DNA of 61,468 nucleotides, counting the filler, from Globobulimina sp. (lineage: Eukaryota), in assembly GCA_003354225.1 (NCBI GenBank). It is 20 parts of 20 records of this genome, joined end to end, with 100 filler letters (N's around TTAATTAATTAA, not from the genome) between each part and the next. Parts side by side here need not be neighbours in the genome. Positions count along the whole stretch, not along the records: positions 30,798 to 33,775 come from PIVH01004159.1; positions 33,876 to 36,853 come from PIVH01004160.1; positions 36,954 to 39,931 come from PIVH01004161.1; positions 40,032 to 43,009 come from PIVH01004162.1; positions 43,110 to 46,086 come from PIVH01004163.1; 15 more parts are not named here. One strand, written 5' to 3'. The notes below the pieces were generated by a model. That model saw nothing but the letters and a program-made list of their open reading frames with translations, did not search any database and was not told where the DNA came from. The position numbers and the translations under genes were made by a program. Of the stretch, positions 32,154-43,203 are shown one piece after another (position 1 is the first letter of the stretch; every line of letters starts with the position of its first letter).

Positions 32154-33509
32154 TCAATTAATTGTTGAGAACCATCTGTTTATATTAAACCATTTAATTG
32201 TTGAGATTAGATTTTCTTCGATTGTGGGGAAATGAGTATATTTGAAATGATTCTTTTTTGCAAATGTTTTAATTAAATCCAACATTTTTGGATAATGCAT
32301 GGAATTAACTCTTGGAAATAAATGGTGCTGAATTTGATAATTTAATCCACCATTCAAAAATGCTAAAAAATTCCCACCGACATTTGAAGACGATTCAATT
32401 TGTGACTGAGCCCAATCCAATTCAACAATAGGTTTAATTCTTTTATTTTTATTTTTTTGTTTATTATTATTATGTTCCACTGTTCCTTCATAAAAATGAC
32501 TGATTAAGAAAAAAAATCCTAAATATGAAGCACCAAAAATATTTGTTAAATGTATTAATAAAATTGAAGTTAAATATCCAAATCCATTTTGTTGAGTATA
32601 CACAAAAAATGGAATTACATAAAATATTGTAACAAATATCAATTTTAAAACAGCACAAATTTTGCTTTCAAATTGTGCTGCTTTTGGTATATGATATGAA
32701 AATAACTTTTTTCTACCCAATAATTGATAAAATTCGAACGAATGTCTTAATATCGGAACAAATTGAAACAATACAAATACATAATAATGCTGATATTTAT
32801 GATACCATTTTATTTCTTTATTGAAATTATTGTAATGATGTTCTGTAATTACTACATTTCCGAAACTAATGTCAGGATCAATGGTAGAATTATTTGTAAA
32901 CGGATGGTGCAGAGTGTTATGTTCTATTCTCCAAAGTTGTGATGATTGGCCTGATATTAAATCGTTACCAATGTATGAAAGTATTCTATTTATCCAATGA
33001 TATTTCGATACTGAACCATGTGCTGCATCATGCAATACATTAAAACCTGTGGAACTGACCAATAATCCATGAATACAGCGACATACTGCAATTTGAATAA
33101 TTGATTTGAAATAAAATGTTTGTAAATATTGAGCTAAAAATACTAAAATCACAATAATAAATGCACGAATATACCATAATGTGGGTGCATATGGATTGTC
33201 ATTTAATAATTTGTACACATCGACAACCAATTGTTCAAATTCTTTACTAAATGTATAAATTGTATTTGTATTTCTACCATTCACTATCTGTGGATATTGC
33301 ACATCATTGGTCGAGATACCTTCAATTGGTTTGAATACTTTATGTATTATTTTCTTTTTATGTGTAGAATGATAAAACACCGTTGCATCTCTATTGGAAA
33401 ATTCATTTAATACATATTTTCCTCCCGGATGATTTGCTGCAAATTCTGTTAAATCGTATTTTTTAGAATTCACCCAAATGTACAATTTATCGCAAGTTTG
33501 TGATGACAT
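32154..33509 (-). CDS. Front-end (delta-5/delta-6-type) fatty acid desaturase with a cytochrome b5 domain
   Basis: YDLTEFAANHPGG, HDAAH, HNTLHHPFTN..DPD, DWAQSQIESS, GGLNYQIQHHLFP. Confidence 0.95.
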   Translation of the reverse strand: MSSQTCDKLYIWVNSKKYDLTEFAANHPGGKYVLNEFSNRDATVFYHSTHKKKIIHKVFKPIEGISTNDVQYPQIVNGRNTNTIYTFSKEFEQLVVDVYKLLNDNPYAPTLWYIRAFIIVILVFLAQYLQTFYFKSIIQIAVCRCIHGLLVSSTGFNVLHDAAHGSVSKYHWINRILSYIGNDLISGQSSQLWRIEHNTLHHPFTNNSTIDPDISFGNVVITEHHYNNFNKEIKWYHKYQHYYVFVLFQFVPILRHSFEFYQLLGRKKLFSYHIPKAAQFESKICAVLKLIFVTIFYVIPFFVYTQQNGFGYLTSILLIHLTNIFGASYLGFFFLISHFYEGTVEHNNNKQKNKNKRIKPIVELDWAQSQIESSSNVGGNFLAFLNGGLNYQIQHHLFPRVNSMHYPKMLDLIKTFAKKNHFKYTHFPTIEENLISTIKWFNINRWFSTIN

Positions 33510-33875
33510 CTTCTTGATTGTTTGCAAATGTGTGCTTAGGGGAGTTTGTAATTAAATTAAATACAATGACGTATTGCTGTAAGTGCAAAAAGAAAAAGTG
33601 AAGATTTATTTATAGAATTCAGCGATAAAATTAGAGATCGATCATAATCTAATACGCGAATACAGCTGCATTTGGTTTGCAAACTGTACATTTACTATTG
33701 ATTTTGCAATTAACTTTATATTGATCAAGATGTATACAAAGTGGGATGGGTACAACAATGTAATGCATGTATCAANNNNNNNNNNNNNNNNNNNNNNNNN
33801 NNNNNNNNNNNNNNNNNNNTTAATTAATTAANNNNNNNNNNNNNNNNNNNNNNNNNNNNNNNNNNNNNNNNNNNN

Positions 33876-34646
33876 AGATTCTACTGATTTGCGAGCTTCT
33901 CCATTGTAAACACAATCGTTTGGTGTAAATGATCCATGTGCAACTGCACCTAGTCTATCCGATCTAAAATGACTGAAAATAATAATATCTTTGTTAGTCA
34001 TGTGAGAATAATAATACCATTTGTGATTGGTATTGTGAACAATTGCTGCAACATACCCTTTTGCTTTTATTCCTGTACCATTTGCAAACTTTGGTGTATA
34101 ATCTTCTCTGATCAACTTAATATCATCTTTCGCCAACGTGTCACTGTCCAGTAGCACCAAAGAATCTTTACTTAGTCCATAATCAACATGCACAAGGTTC
34201 AAAGGATGGTTATCACCAGTCCCTCGATACAATGAGTACATCATATGCATTGCTTTTGCTTTTGGAAATAATTCTTTCAATAAACTAATAATGTGCTGTT
34301 CATATTCATCTGTATTTGCTGTATCAACGATTTTTTGATTATCGATTAGCATAAAACCGTTTTGTTCAAATGATGAAGTGATGTTTCGAGCGTCGTGAAT
34401 CAAACTCTTTTGAAATCTTATGCCAGCCAGCATTTTACAAAGATAATATATTGACTCCAAATAGTTCATAATTGATGCGTCTTGTAGAGACCATGGGTAT
34501 CCTTTGTATACAAAAGTCCAATTTTTAGCTCTTGGATGAACAATACCCCTTAGATAGACGAATTTGTCATCAGAATTAGAAGTATTATAATTGTATCCAA
34601 CTGACAGTAATGCAATGGAAATGGCTGCAATTATAAATTTGTTCAT
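33876..34646 (-). CDS. AsaB/CmcJ-NvfI-like oxidoreductase with an N-terminal signal/anchor, 3'-truncated, apparent internal deletion
   Basis: IHDAR..FEQNGF, VHVDY, LVLLD, HKWYYYSHMT..IIIF, VAHGSF, RKSVES. Confidence 0.75.
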
Positions 34647-34729
34647 GTTTCGATTTCGATTTCTAATTCCGAGCGAGTGAGTTCACAGTTTAGTACTTAA
34701 ATTGCAGGGATAATTCAAGTCATAGGTAT

Positions 34730-34797
34730 TCATAATTCCGACGTATTTAAATTATGAGTTGATACAGCTGTTGGATTTAGTACGTTCGGAATTATGA
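34730..34797. repeat. Inverted repeat in a divergent intergenic region
   Basis: TCATAATTCCGACGTA (34730-34745) against TACGTTCGGAATTATGA (34781-34797), with a one-base bulge. Direct repeat AATTATGAGTT at 34750-34760 and 34790-34800. Confidence 0.8.
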
Positions 34798-34851
34798 GTT
34801 TAATTATCTTTTCAAACACACAAATCAATTAAAGCTAATTTGTGAATTGGG

Positions 34852-36192
34852 ATGAATTATTTAAATTCAATAGAAACCAAAGATGTGAATGTGAACGATG
34901 CAATCCAGGTAATGTACAAAGTGACAGATGAGATACTACAAAAGCAAAATTACAATGTGGATAGTACAAGTGCAATTCATAATATCGATAAAATTGAAAA
35001 TTCAACAGTATTTTTGACTGGTTTTACCGGATCATTGGGTTGTTACATGTCTCGATCATTATTAAAACATAACAATACTATTTATTGTTTGGTTCGTGGA
35101 AATCCATCATTAAAATTAACAGCAAAAGAAAGGTATGAAACACAATGTGAAAGAATATTAACAAATGAGTACAGACAATACATCAAGAAAAAAATACATT
35201 TTATTGAAGGTGTATATTCAAAGGATAAATTAGGTATTAATGAGAAAGATTATTTATTTTTATGTGAAAACATTGATATCATAGTATCAGTTGGTTGTAG
35301 AGTTACTTTGACGATGACATGGAGTAAAGCTGTTATGGGAATATTAAATGTTACAAATATGATACTTGAATTAGCAGTCACTTATAAACATAAAGCCATA
35401 TTACATGTATCAAGTTGTGCAGCAAATTTACCACAACATATTCAAAGTGGTGCAGGATTTTGTCAGGGTTACGCTTTAGCAAAAAAAGTCGATTTAGAGA
35501 GATTGAAATATTTTTACAACAAAACTAAACATCCATTAAAAATATTAGTTGTTGGCTATTTGAATAGAAGTGAAGTAGCAGCACCAAATGCACAATCAAT
35601 CCCTGCAATGATTTTTCTAATGTTTCAATTGAAATTATTTCCAAATATTAATGCATATTTTGACTATGCAAATTCAATTGATGTGTGTAAAGAAGTGTTA
35701 AATCAAATATCATTTAAACAGAGTGAATTAATTTATGGTGTATACAGTGATAAAAACAAATCAAAATATACACATTTTAATAATTTATATCAATTAATGA
35801 AAGATATTGAACCAAAATTACAATTAGTGTCATGGGAGAAATTTAATGATAAACTTCAAAATAGTATATTTTCTCAGTTTGGAAAATTTCATCGTACAAT
35901 CTTCTTTCAAATTGATCCTGTCAAATCATTTGATTTGTTATTTATGCAACCTACAAATAATTTAGTAAACATTGGTAGTGTGCATAAAGAAATGATGATT
36001 ACAACATTAAAATACATTCATTCTCAATCTGTTCAGTCATTTTTTAAAAGAAATAAAACCACGTATTTTGGATGTAAGTGGTGGGGTGATGAGTCATTGA
36101 AGGGCAAACACGCAATTCGATGTGTTAATGGACTTATGCAAATTTGTTTTTTTTTCAAGAAGTGTGTGCGTAAATTGAAAGGTAGTAATTGA
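34852..36192 (+). CDS. Stand-alone thioester-reductase (NAD_binding_4 / extended SDR) domain protein
   Basis: VFLTGFTGSLG, IYCLVRG, LGI..YLFLCENIDIIV, LHVSS, GYALAK (YxxxK). The last ~40 aa look like read-through into unrelated sequence. Confidence 0.82.
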   Translation: MNYLNSIETKDVNVNDAIQVMYKVTDEILQKQNYNVDSTSAIHNIDKIENSTVFLTGFTGSLGCYMSRSLLKHNNTIYCLVRGNPSLKLTAKERYETQCERILTNEYRQYIKKKIHFIEGVYSKDKLGINEKDYLFLCENIDIIVSVGCRVTLTMTWSKAVMGILNVTNMILELAVTYKHKAILHVSSCAANLPQHIQSGAGFCQGYALAKKVDLERLKYFYNKTKHPLKILVVGYLNRSEVAAPNAQSIPAMIFLMFQLKLFPNINAYFDYANSIDVCKEVLNQISFKQSELIYGVYSDKNKSKYTHFNNLYQLMKDIEPKLQLVSWEKFNDKLQNSIFSQFGKFHRTIFFQIDPVKSFDLLFMQPTNNLVNIGSVHKEMMITTLKYIHSQSVQSFFKRNKTTYFGCKWWGDESLKGKHAIRCVNGLMQICFFFKKCVRKLKGSN

Positions 36193-36266
36193 AAGTTTGT
36201 TTTTTTGTTTTTTTGTCATAATTGCAATTGTTCTAAACTTCCTACTCTCTTCCAAATTTTCACACA

Positions 36267-36853
36267 ATGGACACCATGTCGTCACCACGCAGCGCAAAGA
36301 GTCCATCATACACTCAAAAGAGTCTATCATACAACCTGCACACTTACTCTTTCTGCAGTGTTAGAAACAGCAGAAAAAGAGGAAAATGTGCAAGCATTGG
36401 GTGGTATATCCCGTGTCATCAAAGAGTACGGCTCTGGTTTGGGATGCTATTTCTTCGCAGGGAACAATCGGTGCGATGCTCAATGGCGCAATGATGCCAG
36501 CCTTCTTTGTATTCTTCAGTGACTTGATGAATTTAGGAACAGACACCGAAGGTGAGGTCGATCTCAACGCACGCGCAATCACTCTTATGATCAAATTCTT
36601 GTGCATTGGAGTTGGCTTTTGTGTCTTCTCTTCAGTTCAATACGTTTGTTTCGGCAAATACAGTGCTCTGATCAGTGCTAACGTCCGTAAAGCGTATTTC
36701 TCTCTCTTATTATCTCAAGAAATTGGCTACTTTGACGAGAAGAACTCTGGTGCGTTAAACACTCAATTAATATCCAACTGTCAACATATCAATGGCATGG
36801 GCATTGCTTTTGGGTTACAGTTTCAGCATGTCGTTACATTTTTGATCTCGTTT
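36267..36853 (+). pseudogene. ABCB/MDR transporter N-terminal region, frameshifted and truncated
   Basis: GTIGAMLNGAMMPAF, VRKAYFSLLLSQEIGYFDEKNSGALNTQL. The upstream CYFFAG joins TIGAM only if one G of GGG at 36460-36462 is removed. Confidence 0.7.
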
Positions 36854-37007
36854 NNNNNNNNNNNNNNNNNNNNNNNNNNNNNNNNNNNNNNNNNNNNTTA
36901 ATTAATTAANNNNNNNNNNNNNNNNNNNNNNNNNNNNNNNNNNNNNNNNNNNNATACTAACTCACTTCAAGAAAATCTTAAAATCAGGGTTTGCCCAAAT
37001 GTGTACG

Positions 37008-39031
37008 TCATTTGGAGCAAACATTAATTTTTCCATTAACAAATTCGATAACAGTTTGGTCAATTTTATTCACCACATAGCCACGAATTCTATACTTTTC
37101 TTGCACATTCACATCATTATAATCAATTGATTTAAACTGCCATCCTTTATTCACAATCGATAAATTCTCAATTCTAACCTTGGTATCTTTCCCTTTTGCA
37201 CGAATTATCAATGTGCCGTCCAATTTTAACCCATCAATTTCCACATCACCATCAATAATTAATGTGCTCCTTTCCGAAATACTTATATCCCCTTTTAACC
37301 GCGCACCAATATCTTTGACAGTAACTCCAAATGACGGATACAACACAATTCGCGCCCCATACTCCACCGGAATACCGGCAACAAGCTCCCTTTGTTTCGC
37401 CTCACAAGTAACATTTTCATTCATTGCAGCCGCTCTTAAAAACGTTCTATTCATAAAATAAACGGCAGCTTCGCCATTTGCCGCACTAAAGGAAGTGCCC
37501 ATTTTTTGTACTTGTTTGATTGAATCGGCAATATTCGATTTGACCGCTCTCATAGCTAACCATGGTGGAAAACAGGTCATGCCGACATTCAGCGCACTCG
37601 CGCTGCCACCTTGTTTTTGCTCATCCATAGCAGGCAGAGCTCCATATTCACGTTGATATTGATTGAGTAATTTCGGATATTCCTGCATCATACATTCCAA
37701 ACGAGTGGGTTTCTTGAAAGTGGTCTTATTGGCATCTGTATATTTTGGATTGACAAACTCAGGAATTGCCCCTCGATACTTCTCCATCACAACACAGTAC
37801 ACATCATGCTTTATAATGAATGAGTTTGTGTTGCCAGGATATTTACTAAATCCAGTTCTGGCGTCATTTACATCCCCTTCAGTTAGCAATGCAGACAACT
37901 GATTATATTCTACATTGACAGTCAATACATCATTAACGTTGTTTTTATTGGTCAACTTAGTGATTGCTCCAATGGCTTGACCGGCGGTGCGAGGCACGGT
38001 CATCGTATTCATGGCGAAATTAAATTTGCACGACACGCCCAATGTGGAAGGCAGGGCACGAAGAGCCACAGGGTTTGTGTCTTGGAAAAAAAATAACCAT
38101 CTCACATTGAACTCGTTTTTCCATTTGGTTGCTAAACCTATGTCAATATGTCATATTAATATGCATGCGCATCAACAAAAATGTTATATTGTATAATACC
38201 TGAATTATATAATAAACTGTGAACATCACCATGGCCATGAGGTTTCTCGCCCAATTCATATTTACCTTTCATACCAAAACGGCATTTATTATCCGCAAAA
38301 GTTGGGACTAATTCCTGTTTTAATAATGTTAATTGTCCTTCACCATTCATGCCAAAATTATTATTTTCAGACAATATCTGTACAGTTTGGTTGTGTGTAT
38401 CATTGGAGGTCATTATCATTAATGGAGAGCTGGGGTTGAATTTTAATATCATTTTAATATAAAATTCAATGAATGACATTTCCGATGTTATATCCATTGG
38501 TAATGCTATTTTAATGCCAGAATATCCCAATCTTTCACCTAAGCCTCCTGCTACTAACACAAAGCCTAAATTGGCAAAATGAGCTTGGCCGAGTTCTTCA
38601 TATTGATGGAATTCGTTTGAATTGTATTCCAATACAACGCCAGCTGGGACGGATGGCATCCAATTGGAATATGCGTTGATGCCTTTAAAGGAGTCTTGCA
38701 ATAATTTCACACCGTTTTTGTAATATTGAATGATTCCTGCGGGATATTGTTTATTTAAACGTAATACCTGCGCTAATAATCTTTTTTTAGATTGGTCTTC
38801 GGTTCCGGGTAATGGCCAATTATCAAAAATAAATGATTGATTACACTCTAATAATAATTTAACTGCTCGTTTTTCTGCATCATTGAATATTTTCAGATTT
38901 GCCTTCAATGCCTCATTATCAGTTTCAATGACAACGACATCATTGCTTGTGACGTTTGGTCTGATACTTTGGTTTTCTTTTTGTTCATTTGCTGGTAGCA
39001 TTTGAGATATCAATTGTAAGGCACGATTCAT
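37008..39031 (-). CDS. USP: UDP-sugar pyrophosphorylase
   Basis: GFVLVAGGLGERLGYSGIKIALP, KPHGHGDVHSLL, FQDTN, NVEYNQL, YPGNTN, EFVNPKY..FKKPTRLECMMQ. Intron at 38138-38199 joins the two ORFs. Confidence 0.96.
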
Positions 39032-39069
39032 CAGGAAAGGATTTTTGGAGTACTAGACATATAAAAACA

Positions 39070-39931
39070 ATGTCACAGTCAGACCCTCAACTTTCTCAAC
39101 CACAAAGCCAGAAATTGCAGCAACAAATAGATTTATTACAAAAAGTGAACCGAGCCTTGAAAGCAGAAAATATTGCATTAAAAAAAGGCAAAGCATTATT
39201 ATTAAATGAAGAGGAATTAAACAGAATGGATGAAATCGATATCAATGCGGTGTTAAATGAAACAGCCGACGATGATGATGATGACGATGACTCGCTATCC
39301 AACAGCAACCATAAAGAGTTGGCGACATTTATTGAGAAAATAAAATCCGGATTGAATAAAATAAACACGGTGGTTTCTGAAACATATAAACCAAACAATA
39401 AACAGGCTGCCTTTATAAAACAGATAATTCCCCAAAGCCAAAAGGAAATTATTAATGGTTTAATGAACATCAATATACCAACATCAGGTACAGAAAGTAT
39501 GCGGATTGAGAGAGAAATGGAGGTAAAAGAAGAAAAAGTGGCGGAGGATGTATCTGTAGCAGCGGAGTCTGATGATAGTGATCCACGCGAGTCCTACGCT
39601 GAAGCCATAGCGGGTCTCGGCGACGCTTTATCGGACAATGTTGACAGTTTAAAATCAGACGAACCGCTGGAAATCACTCAGGGAGTATTAAATATTGCTT
39701 CCTCTGTTTTAATGTGTCTGGGTCCCGAAGCCATGCTGATTGGGGCTGGTCTATCCTTAGTCAGTGGCATTTTGTCTTTGTTTGGGTCTGAAGAGGATAA
39801 ACCTTCAATGGGTGAAGTCATTGCTGATTTATTACAAAAACAATTGACAGAAATTAAAGTTTAGTCTTCAGCGTCAGCACATTAATAAAAGTGTTACTGT
39901 ATATAACTAAAAAAGGAATATATCAAAAACG
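39070..39931 (+). CDS. Hypothetical protein with an N-terminal coiled coil and a CaTX/CfTX- or Cry-N-like helical hairpin, 3'-truncated
   Basis: ATG at 39070. SLKSDEPLEITQGVLNIASSVL..GPEAMLIGAGLSLVSGILSLFGSEEDKPSMGEVIADLLQKQL. Probable intron at 39859-39915 continues EYIKN to the contig edge. Confidence 0.6.
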
Positions 39932-40225
39932 NNNNNNNNNNNNNNNNNNNNNNNNNNNNNNNNNNNNNNNNNNNNTTAATTAATTAANNNNNNNNNNNNN
40001 NNNNNNNNNNNNNNNNNNNNNNNNNNNNNNNTCATAACTTCATATATGCAATGTTTTTTTCCGAAATAATATTGATACACAACCCCACCCCTTTGTATAC
40101 ATATCGATAATATAAAGTTTGCGTTGGGTTTGTAAACACAATGCAATTATACTTTGCATAATTCATATACAAAATATCGACCAGGGGTTATCTGTTTAAA
40201 ACTCATCGTTAAGCTTACTGAAGGA

Positions 40226-41781
40226 ATGGGCAATTCATCGTCAAAAACATCAGCGTCAAAACCAAAAATATCAAATACACATAAATCTGTACCAAACCCA
40301 GCACCTACACTCCACAAAAAGAAATCCAGGTTCTCGTTCAGACGCTTTAAAAGCAGCAATTTATCGGTTTCCTTTGAGGAAGATGTATATACTGAACCAG
40401 ACTATTCCGCAACCGGTTTCATCAACAATTTCACTCCAACAATATCAGCACATGGAATCCGATATGGATTATTGCGTATAAAATTAGGTAGACTCGACAA
40501 GTATATCAAACGTGTTATGCGTTTCATGGAATTTCATTTAAAATACAAAATCATTTCAAATGACAATAACTGTTGCATGTCAACCGACGACCAATGGGAT
40601 GAGGTATATTTTGATCGTTTATATGTTGCCAATTCTCCAGAAACGCATTTTTGTCTTCGTTTACGGTCCGGTTTATGCCCTTACACAATAAAGCTGCAAT
40701 TAACAATGCGATCTAAAAAGACATTATCTCAAAGGCGGATTGATTCCATTTTATTAGCAAAGAATATATGGTGTCCCTGGTCTGAAGTTATAAGCGTTGA
40801 GGTGCCTTCTTTGATGAATCAAAACAATGACTTTAAGGTTGGTGACTGGATTAAATTTGACCGTTTTCATGCTCGCGCGCAGGAAAAAAAATGGACATAT
40901 GGCACAATTATGGAAATAACGGACAAATGTGGTGATGTGGGAGGTATAAAACAAACTTCTGCGGTTTATAAGATATCATACAAAGGAGCACAGATTGATT
41001 ATGCAACCAAGGACTGTATGAAATATTTCCCAGCACCAAATTATGTTGATATAAGTGGTCGACTTGATGCTGATCTTATGTTGCTGTTTGGTGATAGAAT
41101 GGGTGTCGACACCTCAAATATTGAAGATATATACAATGTATTATATGAATGTTTTTATAACCAATATGCTTGTCAAATATTTAAGGTATTTTTGCAGATA
41201 AGATACACAAATTGCGATCGGTTTGAAATGTTTGCAAATTGATGTTGTTATCTTATGTTGTATGCAACCTCAATTTGTGTATCTTTATTTGTATTAATTA
41301 ATTGTTTAAGAGACCTCGCTTAAATAATATTTTATTGGCATCCATGGCAACGTGTGTTGCTTTTAATGTTATTGATTTTTTATGTATGGACAAAGAGAAA
41401 GTGTATAAGATACGTTGTTGTATCAATGATAGAGATAAACCGCATTATGAGAATACGTTGCAATTAATTCCATCGCGTTCATATCAAATCAATAAATGCA
41501 GAGATTTAAAACGATGGCATTGTTTGGATTCGTGGTTTTATTGTGATATTTGTTTATGTCGAGAAGGTATTTATGGCTGGATGTTTCGCTGTCAATTTGA
41601 AAGAAATAATGCAAATAATGGACATGATTCATGTTTAACATGCATTCATGATATGGTGGAAGCACACAATCAGTTAACACAACTTTTGGAAGAGATACTG
41701 AAAAATCAATTATCCAATGATTGTATCCAAACTATTTCATGTTATGCCATCGGCAATGTGATTAAACATGAACTTTGTTAA
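40226..41781 (+). CDS. Hypothetical N-myristoylation-type protein with a C-terminal Cys/His zinc-binding motif
   Basis: MGNSSS start; probable phase-0 intron at 41186-41310; CDIC..FRC..HDSCLTC. Confidence 0.6.
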
Positions 41782-41903
41782 ATGTTTCTAGTGTTTCTTG
41801 TTTTTGTGAGTTTTTGTGCGTTTTTGTGCGTTTTGAAGAGGTTTTATAACTAAAATTAAAAGCACTATATATGTATATTTTTTGTTGTGTAATTGTTAGA
41901 TAA

Positions 41904-43007
41904 TCATAATGCATGAAAATCAGTGTTATTATCATGAATATTTGAGCCTTTAGTTGTGCGATAAACAATATTTTGTTGTTCCGTACCTTCCGTATCATTA
42001 TTAATATTACAATGCTCTGTATATTGATCTTTATACCTTATTAAATATTCCTGCTCTCTTTCAATAATTAATCGAATGGATGCCACAAAGGCAGCATGTG
42101 CCATATCCCGATGTTTAAGACCTCGCGGATAGATAGAAATATCCGGCCGTAAATACGATATTATCGTAAATATAATACCAGCGGAGACGCGAAATATTGA
42201 TTTTAATAAAGCCATTGGAAAATTCATAAAATCATTAACAATTAACAATAATTTAAAACATTTCTCAAAAAACCGATTCTGCACTTTTCGAATTGAACCA
42301 TCACTGTCAATCAAAAATTTCTTAAATATAAAATTATCGATGAACAAATAATATAAAAAAAACACAATTAATAACGGCCAGTAAATTGGCAATGTTATTT
42401 CCCAAAAATAGATATAAATTATTAATCCAAATATGGCTATTAATAGCATAGTTAAATAAATATAGCCAATGATGAAATACATTGTTACTGAAGCTATTAA
42501 GTTTGAGCTGCTCCAAATAGAATATCTATTTTTGTTTTTCTCGTTGTATCTGAATGTGGGCGTTTCTCTCCTCATATTCACTAATTTCTTATTCCATGAT
42601 TTGAATATAACAATCGATGAATAAAAGCTGTAGTTTGTTTTGTTTGTTTTACAGAATGTGAAATGTAAACAAATGGCAACAATATACCTCATAATCAGAG
42701 CAGTGATACTCCCAAAAAGTAGGCCGTGCGTAAAGGCTATCAACAATGCTTTAAGCCAATGAATATAATCAATAGCAAAATACATGGCATCCACAGCACT
42801 TTGCGGCAATATATACCATTCATTGTTGATGACACCACCGATTGAGTCCATATAAGATTGCAATAAATCTAACTGTTCATGCAGCCATAAATGGGCAGAA
42901 ACCTGCAACTCGAATAACATAACAATGCCAAATAAACCTAAATAACTGCGTAGAACTTTCAAAATAACTCCTTTATTGCGGAGTTCAAAAACTCCAAATT
43001 TTTTGAA
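41904..43007 (-). CDS. STRA6-like (RBP_receptor family) multi-pass membrane protein, 5'-truncated
   Basis: Several TM helices ending FMNFPMALLKSIFRV..IISYLRPDISIYPRGLKHRDMAHAAFVASIRL, which resembles the STRA6 C-terminal signature. Confidence 0.65.
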   Translation of the reverse strand, partial: FKKFGVFELRNKGVILKVLRSYLGLFGIVMLFELQVSAHLWLHEQLDLLQSYMDSIGGVINNEWYILPQSAVDAMYFAIDYIHWLKALLIAFTHGLLFGSITALIMRYIVAICLHFTFCKTNKTNYSFYSSIVIFKSWNKKLVNMRRETPTFRYNEKNKNRYSIWSSSNLIASVTMYFIIGYIYLTMLLIAIFGLIIYIYFWEITLPIYWPLLIVFFLYYLFIDNFIFKKFLIDSDGSIRKVQNRFFEKCFKLLLIVNDFMNFPMALLKSIFRVSAGIIFTIISYLRPDISIYPRGLKHRDMAHAAFVASIRLIIEREQEYLIRYKDQYTEHCNINNDTEGTEQQNIVYRTTKGSNIHDNNTDFHAL

Positions 43008-43203
43008 AANNNNNNNNNNNNNNNNNNNNNNNNNNNNNNNNNNNNNNNNNNNNTTAATTAATTAANNNNNNNNNNNNNNNNNNNNNNNNNNNNNNNNNNN
43101 NNNNNNNNNTAATTTGCACGCGTATTAAACATAGTAATTAAAAAATAAGCAAAAAAAAAACAAAAATGAAAAAAAGTCTGTCTATAATCTATAGCTATAT
43201 TAC

